Positions 39,490 to 54,163 are shown, numbered from the stretch's first letter. The stretch: DNA of 64,000 nucleotides from the human T2T-CHM13v2.0 reference genome, Homo sapiens (GCF_009914755.1 NC_060939.1); one strand, 5' to 3'. The notes: generated by a model not told the origin, from the sequence alone. Translations and numbers: made by a program.

Positions 39490-40065
39490 AACCGGGTCCC
39501 TCAGTGGCAGGACAGGAGCGCGGCCTGCAGACTCCGGGCCCAGGGCCACCAGCCTCGCCTACCCACTCCTGCGCCTCTGGAACCCGCTTCACTGCTGGGA
39601 CCCCACGTCTGTCCTCCCAGCCCCCGCCAGGGTCCACGGCCCGCAAATGCACGTCAAGCCCCTCCTGCCCGCGATGCGCCCAAGCGTCTGCCCCCACAAA
39701 TGGGGAACACTGGTCTGGCCCCCCGGGATCCCCCGAGGCCCACAGGTTCCTCTTTGCCCTCGCACCTACCCACAGGGACATAGAACCAAGCCCCAGGCCT
39801 GCTCAGCTACACGACCGCCGCTGGGATCCGCACTTCCGGAGGAAAATGGCGAAGTGGGCGGGGCGGCGCATGCGCAGAGAGAAAAGCTGGTTCCCAAGGT
39901 CCTTGATGGTAACATCATTGGAAGGTGACACTACATTTCCTATGAGGCTCTGCGGTCCCCCGTTAGGAACGCACGCCGGACATTCTGTTTTGCCCAGCAG
40001 TGAGTCCAGTTACCCGGAGACCCGGACTTAATGGATCAGGACTGGTCCCTACCCACGTGACACAG
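39490..40065 (-). promoter_or_regulatory. CpG-island housekeeping-type (KRAB-ZNF-like) promoter
   Basis: ETS/GABPA CACTTCCGG (39831-39839), YY1 AAAATGGCG (39843-39851), GC box (39856-39863), NRF1 GCGCATGCGC (39866-39875), ZNF143-associated ACTACATTTCC (39930-39940), E-box CACGTG (40054-40059). Confidence 0.85.
39770..39860 (-). ncRNA. Probable non-coding exon 1 of the ZNF717-type minus-strand transcript
   Basis: Donor CCTGTGG|GTAGGT at 39770/39769, downstream of a dense promoter motif cluster. 5' end is approximate. Confidence 0.6.
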
Positions 40066-40170
40066 ATGTGGCATTCTGGTTCGTTATTAAATCCTGGTTT
40101 CACAGCCTGGGACATTGTGAAAATAATGGAGAAATTCCAATAGAAAACAATTGGTCTATGCTGTTAATGA

Positions 40171-40469
<299 letters not shown>

Positions 40470-41079
40470 TCAAGTCTATTTTTTATAGATGCATTCGAAA
40501 GCATGAAAAAAATCATGTCTCTATTTTACTTTAAATTTTTAAAAACACAACTAATGAATATGGTAATTCTCTTCCAATCTGTTATCTTTTCTCTCACGAA
40601 ACTAATTTGTGAGCTTTCAATTTACACAGTTAGAAAAAAATGCTCTAGTGTATATACTAGGATAAAATAACAGGGTCATAAGACAAGTGCACTCCATAAT
40701 CTTTGTGACAACTTACACTTCCAGTGTCTGATGAACATTTGCCCATAAACTCCCACGTTTCATCCATACATCCATCAATCAAATCTACCTATCTTTATTT
40801 ATTTATTGTGCGAAATACCTGAACTTTGCCTTTCCTTCCCTGATTTCTGCCACAAACTAGGCAAGGAGTTCTGCCTAGGGGTTTTTCAGAGCTCCGGCTA
40901 CCACCGAGGTTCCTAACAGGGAAATTGCCAGCTTGAATGCTTGGGGTTGATGTGGGAGTGCGTGTGAAACGGGTGTGGGGTGAAAGGGCAGTGAACTTTG
41001 TAGGTGGGTAGATGGGGGTGTGAAGGGCTTTCAGGTAAGAGGCACAGAGGAAACTGGGAGAGGCAGCGAAAGCACTTCA

Positions 41080-41440
41080 CGCCTCAGATCACCAGAGGAT
41101 GCTCCCACCAGCACCGTGACAGTTTGCCAGTGCCACGGCAACACAGGAAGTCCCCACCCCTTGCCATGGAAACAGCTGGAAGTTACTGCCCATTTCTAGC
41201 TATTTCTGAGTAACCCGCCCCTTAATTAGCATGTCATTAAAAGTGAATTATAAAAATGACTACAAGCCACCCCTAGGCTGCTACTCTGGGAGCACAACCC
41301 ACAGAGGGCTCCCTGCCCTGCAGGAGCGGACGCAGGGCTGTAACACCGCCAATGTCTCCATAGAGCTGCTTTATTCCACCACAGGCTTGCTTTTGGATTC
41401 CTTCCTGAGCGACGCCAAGAACCTGCCCTTCCTCAGTGTG
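41080..41440 (+). mobile_element. ERV1 LTR fragment (MER41-group-like)
   Basis: CCCACCAGCACCGTGACAGTTTGCCAGTGCCACGGCAACACAGGAAGT and GGATTCCTTCCTGAGCGACGCCAAGAACC motifs. Confidence 0.55.
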
Positions 41441-42384
41441 ACTCTTGCCTAAAATCTATCCCTGGTTTTCTCTTTTCCTAAGCATGCCCTGACTTGTTCT
41501 TTCATCTCCTCTGAACTTGCAATTGCTCCTCAGTGACTCTATTCTGCAGATCCAGAAAACTCAACCTTAATCTTCCCAGAGCCCTGTTGTCTCCAATATT
41601 GGAATATCTAGCCTTGCTTTCTCAGACGCCTAGATTACAGGCCTCTCTCTTGAACACCTATTGGTAAGGTATCCGGGGATCCTTTAAATACACGATGATT
41701 GGCAGGGTTTACATAGGGGAAATCAGTGTCTGACAATTCGCCTTCCAGGATATGGATTGTCATTCCCTCTCTTTGTGGGCCCCAGTCTCCTATACATAAA
41801 AGTAGAGATTGTAATAGTCATTTGACTTGCAGATACCTCACCCCGAACCCACCTACTATAATGTAAAAGCCAAGAATGCAAACCCTTTCCTCACCCCGTG
41901 AAGGTAAAGTCCTCAGAGCCAAGGAGAGAAGGCTCAGGGATGGTACCTAGGTGTTTCCAACACTAACCATGCATTGTAGTTTTTAGTGTTCAAGTTTAAG
42001 CTTCTTATGTTAAAGTTACCCCAGCTTTAATTATATTGTAACAAGATTTATTTTTGTAATTCCATTTTTGGATTCTTGATTTCTTGGTAAAGAAATACAG
42101 TTATTTTTGTATACCAATCTTATATAGTGTTACATTCCAAAATTTGTTCATGAGTCCTAACACTTTTTAGTAAATTTCTTATGATTTTCTAAATGCAAGA
42201 TCATGTCATCTGTACATAAAGATAACTGTACTTCTTCCTTTCCAATCTAGATGCCGTTTATTTATTTACATTGCCAAGTTGTCCCAGCTACCACTGTTAT
42301 CAAGTAAAAGGGTCTCACTACCCAAAGCTCTAGAAGCCAGTAACATGACACTAAGTTTTTGAGAAGAGAAAAACTTTAAAGTCA

Positions 42385-43421
42385 AACCAAAACCTATGGG
42401 ATACAGGCCAGGCGCAGTGGCTCATGCCTGTAATCCCAGCACTTTGGGAGGCCGAGTTGGGTGGATCACAAGGTCAGGAGATCGAGACCATCCTGGCTAA
42501 CACGGTGAAACCCCGTCTCTACTAAAAATACAAAAAACAAAAATTAGCTGGGCATGGTGGCGGGCACCTGTAGTCCCAGCTACTCGGCTGAGGCAGGAGA
42601 ATGGCATGAACCCAGAAGGCAGAGCTTGTAGTAAGCCAAGATTGCACCACTGCACTCCAGCCTGGGCAACAGAGAGAGACTCCGTCTCCAAAAATAAACA
42701 AAAACAAAAAAACAAAAAACAAACCTATGGGATACAGTAAAAACAGTACTAAGGAGTAAGTTTATAGCAAAAAGCACCTACATCAAAAAAAGTAGAAAAA
42801 CTTCAAATAAACAACCTAATAATGCATCTTAAATAGTTAGAAAAGCAAGAGCAAACCAAAACCAAAATTAGTAGAAGGAAACATAACAAAGATCAGAGCA
42901 GAAATAAATGAAATTGAAATTTAAAAATATAAAATATCAATGAAATGAAAAGTTAATATTTTTTTAAAAGACCAACAAAATCAACAAACATTTAGCCAGA
43001 CTAAGAGAAAAGAGAGAAGACTCAAATACATAAAACCAGAGATTAAAAAGGAGACACTGCAACTGATACTGCAGAAATTCAAGTAATCATTAGAAACTAT
43101 TATGACCAACTATATTCCAATAAATTGAAAAACCTGCAAGTCATGGCCAGGCACCGTGGCTCATGCCTGTAATCCCAACACTTTGGGAAGCCAAAGCAGG
43201 TGATCACCTGAGATCAGGAGTTCAAGACCAGCCTGGCCAACATGGTGAAACCCCATCTCTACTAAAAATACAAAAATTAGCCAGGCATGGTGGTGTGCAC
43301 CTGTACTCCCAGCTACTCCAGAGGCTGAGGCAGGAGAATAGCGTGAACCTGGGAGGCAGAAGTTGCAGTGAGCTGAGATTGTACCAAGCTCCATCCTGGG
43401 TGACAGAGCAAGACTCCATCT

Positions 43422-43461
<40 letters not shown>

Positions 43462-46400
43462 ACAACCAAACCACAAACCTAGAAGAACTGGATAAATGAG
43501 ATTGAACCCATAATAAAACATCTCCTAGCAAAGAAAAACCTGGATCCAATGGCTTCACTGATTAATTTTACCAAACATTGAAGGAAGAATTACTATCAAT
43601 CCTACTCAAACTATTCCAAAAAACAGAGAAGTCTGTAATATTTCCAAAATCATTCTATGTAAAAGACCATTCATCGTGTCTAAGTGGGATTCATCCCAAG
43701 GATGCCAACATGGTTCAACATATGCAAATCAATCAATGTGACACATCATATCAACAGAATGAAGGACAAAAAACATATGATAATTTCAATTGATGCTGAA
43801 AAGCATTTAATAAAATCCAATTTCCCTGTGATAAAAAGAAACCCCCCAAAAAACTAGATTTAGAAGGAACATACCACAACACAATAAAAACCATATGCAA
43901 CAAACCCTCAGCCAGTATCATCCTGAACAGAGATAACCTGAAAGCCTTTCTTCTAAGATCTGGAACAAGGCAAGAATGTCCACTTCCAACAATGTTACTC
44001 AACATAGTACTGGAAGTCCTAGCTAGAGCAATCAAGAAAATTGAAAAACAGTAAAGGGCATCCAAATTGAAAGAAGTAAAATTATTATTGTTTTCTTGTT
44101 TGCAGGTGATTTGATCTTATATTTGGAAAAACCTAAGAACTCCACCAAAAAACTATCAGAACTGATCAACAAATTCAGTCACATGATACAAAATCAAAAT
44201 GCAAAAATCAGTAACATTTCTAAGTGCCAAAACTGAACAATCTAAAGAAGAAAATCAAGGACGTAATCCCATTTACAATAGCTACAAATAAAATAAAATA
44301 TCTAGGAATAAATGTAACAAAAGAAGTGAAAGATCTCTACGATGAAAACTATAGAACACCAATGCAAAAAAATTAAAGAAGACACCAAAAAAAAATGGAA
44401 AGATAGTCCATGTTCATTGATTGGAAGAGTAAATATTGTTAAAATACACATACTTCACAAAGCAATCTACAGACCCAATGCAATCCCTATTGAAATACTA
44501 ATAACATTCTTCACAGAAACAGAAAAAAAATCCTAAAATTTATATGAAATCATAAAAGACCCAGAATACCCAAAGCCATCCGTAGCAAAAAGAACAAAAC
44601 TGGAAGAATCACATCACCTGACGTTAAATTATACTACAGAGCAATTGTAAGCTAAACAGCATGGTACTGGCATAAAACAGACACATAGACCAATGGAACA
44701 GAATACAGAACCCAGAAATAAATCCTCACATTTACAACTAACTCATTTTCAATGAAGGTGCCAAGAATATACATGGGGGAGAGGACAGTCTCTTCACCAA
44801 ATTGTGCTGGGAAAACTAGATATTCATTGGCAGAATTTTTTTTTTTTGAGATGGAGTCTAGCTCTGTTGCTCAGGCTGCAGTGCAGTGGCGCGATCTGGG
44901 CTCACTGCAAGCTCCACCTCCCGGGTTCACACCATTCTCCTCCTCAGCCTCCCAAGTAGCTGGGAGTACAAATGCCCCCACCACGCCCAGCTATTTTTTT
45001 TTTTTTTTGTATTTTTAGTAGAGACGGAGTTTCACCGTGTTAGCCAGGATGTTCTTGATATCCTGCCCTCATGATCTGCCCACCTCATCCTCCCAAAGTC
45101 ATTGGCAGAATAATTAAACTAGAACCCTCTCTTGTGCTATATACAAAAATCAAATCCAAATGGGTTAAAGACTTAAATCAAGGACAAGAAACTACTGAAA
45201 GAAAACATTAGGGAAACTCTCCAGGAAATTGGTCTGGGCACAGATTTCTTGAGTAATACTCCAAAAGCTCAGGCAACCAAAGCAAAAATGAACAAATGGT
45301 ATCACATGAAGTTCAAAAGTTTCTGCATAGTAAAGAAAACAATGGACAAAGTGAAAAGACAATCCACAGAATGGAAGAAAATATTTGCAAACTATATATC
45401 TGACAAGGGATTAATAACCAGAATATATAAGGAGTTCAAACAACTCTATAAGAAAAAAACTAATAATCCAATTATTTAAATGGGCAAAAAATCTGAACAG
45501 ACATTTCTCAAAAGAAGGCATTCAGGTCAGGCGCAGTGGCTCACACCTGTAATTCCAGCATTTTGGGGAGCCAAGACAGTTGGACCACTTGAGCCCAGGA
45601 GTTCAAGACCAACCTGAAAAACATAGCAAATAATTTAAAAACCTACCTGGGCATGGTGATGCATGCCTGTGGTCCCAGCTACTCAGGAGGCTGAGGTGGG
45701 AGGATTGCTTGAACCCTGGTAGTCATAACTACAGTAAGCCATCATTATACCACTGCACTCCAGCCTGGGTGACAGAGTGAGACACTGTCTCAAAAAATGA
45801 GCAAAAACAAAAAAGAAGATATATAAATGTCAAATAGGTATATGAAAAGATGCTCAATATCACCGATCATCAGAGAAATTCAAATCAAAACTACAATAAG
45901 ATATCATCTTACCCCCATTAAAATGGCTTTTATGCAAAAGACAGGCAATAACAAATGCTTGCAAGAATGTAGGGAAAAGAGAACCCTCTTACTCTGTTGG
46001 TGGGAATGTAAATTAGTACTTTCACTATGGAGAACAATATGGAGGTCCCTCAAAAAATTAAAAATAGAACTATCATATGATACAGCAATCCCACTGCTGG
46101 GTATATACCCAAGGGAGGGAAAATTAGTATATGAAAGAGATATCTGCATTCCCATATTTATTTCAGTACTATTCATAATAGCCAAGATTTGGAAGCAACC
46201 TAAGTGTGCATCAACAGATGAAGGGATAAAGAAAATGTAGTACATGTACACAATGGAGTACTCTTCAGCCATGAAAAACAATAAGATTCTGTCACTTGCA
46301 ACAACGTGGATGGAACTAGGGAACATTATGTTAAGTACAATGAGCCAGGCACAGAAAGACTTTGCATGTTCTCACACATTTGTGGGAGCTAAAAATTAAA

Positions 46401-46463
46401 ACAATTGAACTCATCAAGATGGAGAGTAGACTGAGAGTTTCCAGAGGCTGGGAAGAGTAGCGG
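42385..46463 (+). mobile_element. L1 (L1PB/L1MA-age) ORF2 and 3'UTR with four Alus
   Basis: ORF2 C-terminal peptide at 45827-46240. Alus at 42406-42722(+, TSD AAACCTATGGGATACA), 43145-43459(+), 44836-45099(-, TSD TCATTGGCAGAAT) and 45525-45815(+). Confidence 0.9.
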
Positions 46464-48086
46464 TGTTACGGGATCTTTGGAGTGTCACTTTTCTGGACAG
46501 AAACCTCTATGGCTGGTGGCACCTTTACCTGAGTTTTGCTTGGGCCCCGCCCACTTAGCCTGGCAGGCTGTGCTCAGCTCATGCTACCAGGTTGGATCCC
46601 ATGTTTGCCAAGGGAGACTGCGTGGAGTGGCAAGGGGTGTGTGAGCAAGCATGGGGTCTGGCCACTGTGCAGTCAGACTTCCTGGCTGCTGCAGTGGGGC
46701 AGGTAGCTCCAGGTGCCAACATGGGTGCCAGCTCTCCACAAGTCTGTGGCTGGACCATGGGCACCGCAAGCAGCTTCCACAGCTGGCACACTGGGAACAC
46801 AGTGGCACCCGGAAGCTTGGAGATACCAGGAACCACAGGGCCCCAAATAGGGAATCACAGCCCTGGCTCGGGGAGCTCCCAGGTCTGGGCTTCCCAAAGG
46901 GTCACAGCTCTTGTTTCCTTCTCTTTGCCCACAATGTGGCAAGCAAGGGGGCATGACTCAGCCCTGTTTGTGTTACAGCTCTTTCAGCCTCTTCCCTAGG
47001 ATTTGTCATAATTAATTCTCATATTGTCTTATTTTTTTACATTTGTTTCAACTTCAGAAGATGCATGGATCTAAACACAACATAATGTGTTAGCTAGCTG
47101 CCATATGAATTTCTCCGTGTTTCACCACTATGCAGCCTAAAGTTATTCCGTCATCCATGACTATCCTGGCTAAAGAGTCTAAAGATCTTTGTTTGGTAGC
47201 TATGGCTTCAGCTAGTTCATTCGCTAATTTACCTAGAGTGGTTGACAGATTTCTAATTATACGTTCATGAGAGGTTACTCCCCACCATTACAAGTGACTT
47301 CTGCCAAACATTGGCCAAAATTCACCTCCTTGGTTTGCAGGTATGGTTTGTCTAATCCTGGAAAGTAATTTCGATGAACTACTTCAGTGTTCAGAAACAT
47401 TGGAGTTATAAATAGAAAGAGGAAGAGTCACATAACCTAATTGACAATTATTTCTCATATGCCAGCGGTCAACACATTCATAAGCCCATGGGTGGTTGAT
47501 CCAGGGACCACACAGCGTTCCTGACAGACTCTGAAAGTTAAGGCTTTGGTTTACTGGTAACAGAGACAGGTTAAAGTACATGTCTTCAGTCTTGAGTAGA
47601 GTGTAATCAGTCTCATTTTTTTTTAAGTTTAAGTAGTCCTTCAAAAATACATCTCATTCCTGACAGGATAAAACAAGTTTTAAAAAATATATTATATTCA
47701 GATTCACTAGGGAACACTTGGAGCCAGGAAATAATTCAGGATTCAGCCCAAATTATAGGCAAATAATAAAAACTCTAAAACAATGATCAGGGTTGGAATC
47801 TAATAGCATATGTCATAGTTTTCTTTTGGAACATAAATTTTCTCTCTAGTCCATCATTTTATCAAAGACAAATCATAGTAGGACCAATTTTGTATGCAAA
47901 ATAAGTTTTAGTCTTATCATACCGGGCCTGATTATTTCCATAAAGGGCAGCAAGAATATTTATTGGCCATATAGGCTTCTTAAAATTGGCTTTGTTGGAA
48001 ATTTTTAATGAGGAATCTTAGACTTTTAAGAGCCTTGAAGCTAGCCAAGTCAAAGATTTGCATCAGACTGTGTCTGTAATAATTTT

Positions 48087-51000
48087 TTAACCTACTTTTT
48101 AAAATTATACTTTAAGTTCTGGGGTACATGTGCAGAACGTGCAGGTTTGTTACATAGGTATATATATTCTGCGGTGGTTTGCTGCACCCATCAACCCATC
48201 ACCTATATTAGGCATTTCTCCTAATGCTATCCCTCTCCCTGCCCCCACCCCCTAACAGGCCCCAGTGTGTGATGTTCCCCTCCCTGTGTCCATGTGTTCT
48301 CATTGTTCAACTCCCACTTATGAGTGAGAACATGTGGTGTTTGGTTTTCTGTTCTTGTGTTAGTTTGCTGAGAATGATGGATTCCAGCTTCTTCCATGTC
48401 CCTGCAAAGGACATGAACTCATCGTTTTTTATGGCTGCATAGTATTCCATGGTGTATATGTGCCACATTTTCTTTATTCAATCTATCATTGATGGGCATT
48501 TGGGTTGGTTCCAAGTCTTTGTTATTGTGAACAGTCCTGCAATAAACATACATGTGCATGTGTCTTTATAGTAGAATGATTTATAATCCTTTGGGTATAT
48601 ACCCAGTAATGGGATTGCTGGGCCAAACGGTATTTCTAGCTCTAGATCCTTGAGGAATAGCCACACTGTCTTCCACAATGGTTGAACTAATTTACACTCC
48701 CACCAACAGTGTAAAAGCCTTCCTATTTCTCCACACTCTCTCCAGTATTTGTTGTTTCCTGACTCTTTAATTTTCACCATTCTAACTGGCATGAGATGTA
48801 TCTCATTGTGGTTTTGATTTGCATTTCTCTAATGACTAGTGATGATGAGCTTTTTTATAAGTTTGTTGGTTGCATAATTGTCCTCTTTTGAGAAGTGTCT
48901 GTTCACATCCTTTGCCCGCTTTTCAATGGGGTTGTTTTATCTTGCAAATTTGTTTAAGTTCTTTGTAGATTCTGGATATTAGCCCTTTGTCAGATGGATA
49001 GACTGCAAAAATTTTCTCCCATTTTGTAGGTTGCCCGTTCACTCTGATAGTTTCTTTTGCTGTCCAGAAACTCTTTAGTTTAATTAGGTCCCATTTGTCA
49101 ATTTTGGCTTTTGTTGCCTTTGTTTTTGGTGTTTTAGTCATGAAGTCTTTGCCCATGCCTATGTCCTGAATGGTATTGCCTAGGTTTTCCTCTACGGTTT
49201 TTATGGCTTTAGGTCTTATGTTTAAGTCTTTAACCCACCTTGAGTTAATTTTTGCATAAGGTGTAAGGAAGGGATCCAGTTTCAGCTTTCTGCCTATGGC
49301 TAGCCAGTTTTCCCAACACCATTTATTAAATAGGGAATCCTTTCCCCAGCGCTCGTTTTTCTCAGGTTTGTCAAAGATCAGATGGTTGTAGATGTGTGGT
49401 GTTATTTCTGAGGCCTCTGTTCTGTTCCTTTGATCTATATATCTGTTTTCGTACCAGTACCATGCTGTTTTGGTTACCATAGCTTGTAGTATAGTTTGAA
49501 GTCAGGTGGTATGATGCTTCCAGCTTTGTTCTTTTTGGTTAGGATTGTCTTGGCTATTCGGGCTCTTTTTTGATTCCATATGAAATTTAAAGTATATTTT
49601 TCCAATTCCGTGGAGAAAGTCAATGGCAGTTTAATGGGGATAGCAGTGAATCTATAAATTACTTTGGGCAGTAGGTCACTTTCACGATACTGATTCTTCT
49701 TATCTATGAGCATGGAATGATTTTCCATTTGTTTGTGTCCTCTCTTATTTCCTTGAGGAGTGGTTTGTAGTTCTCCTTGAAGAGGTCCTTCACATCCTTG
49801 TAAGTTGTATTCCTAGGTATTTCATTCTTTTTATAGCAATGGTGAATGGGAGTTCACTCACAGTTTGGCTCTCTGTTTGTCTGTTATTGCTGTATAGGAA
49901 TGCTTGTGATTTTTGCACATTGATTTTGTATCCTGAAACTTTGCTGAAGTTGCTTATCAGATTAAGGAGATTTTGGGCTGAGATGATGGGGTTTTCTAAA
50001 TATACAATCATGTCATCTGCAAAGAGAGGCCATTTGACTTTCTCTTTTCCTAATTGAATACCCTTTATTTCTTTCTCTTGCCTGATTGCCCTGGCCAGAA
50101 CTTCCAATACTATGTTGAATAGGAGTAGTGAGAGAGGGTATCCTTGTCTTGTGCTGATTTTCAAAGGGAATGCTTCCAGTTTTTGCACATTCAGTATGTT
50201 ACTGGCTGTGGGTTTGTCATAAATAGCACTTATTATTTTGAGATACGTTCCATCAATACCAGTTTATTGAGAGTTTTTAGCATGAAAGGTTGTTGAATTT
50301 TGTCAAAGGCCCTTTCTGCATCTATTGAGATAATCATGCAGTTTTTGTCATTGGTTCCCTTTATGTGATGGATTACATTTATTGATTTGCATATGTTGAA
50401 CCACCCTTGCATCCCAGGGGTGAAGCCGACTTGATCATGGTGGACAAGCTTTTTGATGTGCTGCTGGATTCAGTTTTCCAGTATTTTATTCAGGATTTCT
50501 GCATCAATGTTCATCAGGGATATTGGTCTAAAGTTTTCTTTTTTTGTTGTGTCCCTGCGAGGTTTTGGTATCAAGGTGATGCTGACCTCATAAAATGAGT
50601 TAGGGAGGATTCTCTCTTTTTCTATTGTTTGGAATAGTTTCAGAAGGAATGGTACGAGCTCCTCTTTGTACCTCTCGTAGAATTCGGCTGTGAATCCATC
50701 TGGTCCTGGAATTTTTTTGGTTGGTAGGCTATAATTAATGCCTCAATTTCAGAACTTGTTATTGGTCTATTCAGGAATTTCACTTCTTCCTGGTTTAGTC
50801 TTGGTAGTATTCTCTGATGATAATATGCATTTCTGTGGGATCAGTGGTGATATCCCCTTAATCATGTTTTATTGCATCTATTTGATTCTTCTCTCTTTTC
50901 TTCTTTATTAGTCTGGCTAGTGGTCTGATTTGTTGATCTTTTCAAAAAATCAGCTCCTGGATTCATTGATTTTTTGAAGGGTTTTTCGTGTCTCTATCTC

Positions 51001-53377
51001 CTTCAATTCTGCTCTGATCTTATTTGTGTCTTGTCTTCTGCTAGCTTTTGAATTTGTTTGTTCTTGCTTCTCTAGTTCTTTTAATTTTCATGTTAAGGTG
51101 TCAATTTTAGATCTTTCCTGCTTTCTCTTGTGGACATTTAGTGCTATAAATTTCCCTCTACACACTGCTTTAAATGTGTCCCAGAGATTCTGGGACGTTG
51201 TGTCTTTGTTCTCATTGGTTTCGAAGAACATTTTTATTTCTGCCCTCAATTCTTTATTTACCCAGTAGTCATTCAGGATCAGGTTACCCAGTTTCCATGT
51301 AGTTGTGAGGTTTTGAGTGAGTTTCTTAATCCTGCATACTAATTTGAATGCATTGCGGTCTGAGAGACTGTTTGTTATGATTTCCATTCTTTTGCATTTC
51401 CTGAGGAGAGTTTTACTTCCAATTATGTGGTCAATTTTAGAATAAGTGCAATGTGGTGCTGAGAAGAAGGTATATTCTATTGATTTGGGGTGGAGAGTTC
51501 TGTAGATATCTTTTAGGTCCCCTTGGTCCAGAACTGAGTTCAAGTCCTGGATATTCTTGTTAATTTTCTGTCTCATTGATCTAATATTGACAGTGGAGTG
51601 TTAAAGTCTCCCACTATTATTGTGTGGGAGTCTAAGTCTCTTTGTAGGTCTTTAAGAACTTGCTTTATGAATCTGAGTGCTCCTGTATTGGGTGCATATA
51701 TGTCTAGGATAGTTAGCTCTTCTTGTTGCATTGATCCCTTTACCATTATGTAGTGCCCTTCTTTGTCTCTTTTGATCTCTGTTGGCTTAAGATCTGTTTT
51801 ATCAGAAACTAGGATTGCAACCCCCGCCTTTTGTTGCTTTCCACTTGCTTGGTAAATGTTCCTCCATCCCTTTATTTTGAGCCTATGTGTATGAGATGGG
51901 TCTCCTGAGTACAGCACATTGATGGGTCTTGACTCTTTATCCAATTTGCCAGTCTGTGTCTTTCAATTGGGGGCATTTAGCTCATTTACATTTAAGGTTA
52001 ATATTGTTATGTATGAATTTGATCCTGTCATTATGATACTAGCTGGTTATTTTGCTCATTAGTTGATGCAGATTTTTCATAGTGTCAATGGTCTGTATAA
52101 TTTGTTATGTTTTTGCAGTGGCTGTTACCAGTTGTTCCTTTCCATGTTTAGTGCTTCCTTCAGGAGCTCTTGTAAGGCAGGCCTGGTGGTGACAATATCT
52201 CTCAGCATTTGCTTGTAAAGGATTTTATTTCTACTTCAATTATGAAGCTTAGTTTGCCTGGATATGAAATTCTGGCTTGAAAATTCTTTTCTTTAGGAAT
52301 GTTGTATATTGGCCGCCACTCTCTTCTGGCTTGTAGGCTTTCTGCCAAGAGATCCACTGTTAGTCTGATGGGCTTCCCTTTGTGGGTAACTCAACCTTTC
52401 TCTCTGGATGCCCTTTATATTTTTTCCTTCATTTCAACCTTGGTGAATCTGATGATTTTTTGTCTTGGGGTTGCTCTTCTTGAGGAATATCTTAGTGGTG
52501 TTCTCTGTATTTCCTGAATTTGAATGTTGGCCTGTCTTGCTAGGTTGGGGAAGTTCTCCTGGATAATATCCTTGAGAGTGTTTTCCAACTTGGTTCCATT
52601 CTCTCTGTCACTTTCAGGTACACGAATCAAACATAGATTCAGTGTTTTAACATATTCCTCTATTTCTTGGAGGCTTTGTTCATTTCTTTCACTCTTTTTT
52701 CTCGAATCTTTTCTTCTTGCTTTATTTCATTGAGTTGATCTTCAATCTCTGATATTCTTTCTCCTGCTTGATTGATTCAGCTATTGATACTTGTGTATGC
52801 TTCATGAAGTTCTTGTGCTGGGTTTTTCAGCTCCATCAGTTCATTTATATTCTTCTCTAAACTGGTTATTCTAGTTAACAATTCATCCTACCTTTTTTTT
52901 TCAGGCTCTTAGCTTCCTTGCATTGGGTTAGAACACGCTCCTTTAGCTTGGAGGAGTTTGTTATTACCCGCCTTCTGAAGCCTACTTCTGTCAATCCATC
53001 AAACTCATTGTCTGTCCAGTTTTGTTCCCTTGCTGGTGGGGAGTTGTGATCTTCTGGAGGAGAAGAGGCATTCTGGCTTTTGGAGTTTTCGCCTTTTTGC
53101 ACTGGTTTCTCCCCATCTTTGTGGATTTATCTACCTTTGGTCTTTGATGTTGGTGATGTTGATACTATTCCTTTATGTTTGTTAGTTTTCCTTCTACCAG
53201 TCAGGTCCCTCTGCTGCAGGTTTGCTCGAGTTTGCTGGAGGTCCACTCCAGACCCTGTTTGCCTGGGTATCACCAGTGGAGGCTCAGTTGGAAATGCATG
53301 AACCACCTGCCTTCTGTGTTGATCCCACTGGGTGCTGCAGACCGGAGCTGTTCCTATTCAGACATCTTGCCAGCTCT
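48087..53377 (-). mobile_element. L1PA (about PA7-age) with both ends, 5'UTR spliced, ORFs disrupted
   Basis: ORF1 fragments (52415-53102) and ORF2 EN/RT/C fragments (48478-51944). 5' end GAATAGGAACAGCTCCGGTCTGCAGC. TSD TCTGTAATA(A/C)TTTT at 48073-48086 / 53378-53391. Confidence 0.95.
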
Positions 53378-54163
53378 TCTGTAATACTTTTATGAATGGG
53401 TGTAGTCCTATCTTCTCAAGGTCCCCAAATAACTTGAGGTTCCTGGGCCCGTCAGAAAGTGACATTCTTTACTTCTTACCACAAGGACAGCAACTTTGTA
53501 AAGGACCCTTGTAGACAAGACACCAAGCCAGTCATTCTAAGGGGCTTTGCATTGGTGCTATAAAGTCAAGCTCAATTCCTTAAAGTGGTCTGGTTGTATC
53601 TGCTGTTCGAGTTAAAGCCTTGATAAAACAAACAGTGTCTCCAATTGAATCCTGTTACCAAAAATAGATTCTTATTGAAATTATGCAAATAATTATATTG
53701 CCATAATTTAGGAATGCTCACGAATGGCTTCTGAATTCTGGAGAAATCAGTTAGAGAGACAGATAAATGGCTCAAATTTTTGTTCACAATGTAGTTTTTC
53801 TAACGTAGGGTAAGTTAAAAATAGCTGAAAAGAAAAAAAATTCTTGACTTTGGAAAACAAAACATAAAGAGAATCAACAATGTTTCCAATGGAAGGGCCA
53901 TGAATAAAATCTTTTCCTTCTTTTATAAGTTCAGTCCAATGTAACTAAATCTTGTTCTGCTTGATTTCAAATAGCAATTCTCATTCAGTTTTTTGTGTTT
54001 TGCTTGATTTCAATTGGAAATTCTCATTCAGCTTTTTAGAGTCCTGGAAGATTTTCCTAGTCCAATGGTATGATCCCCAAAGTTATCTGAAACCATATTT
54101 AAGAGAACTTGTCAGAGTCCTTTCCATTAAAAATAATTTAGATGATAGCTGATTGTAAAGGCT

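Noticed and set aside
47384-53102. Env-like and L1 ORF fragments as possible domesticated genes
   Set aside because: Short and broken by many stops and frameshifts, consistent with neutral decay.
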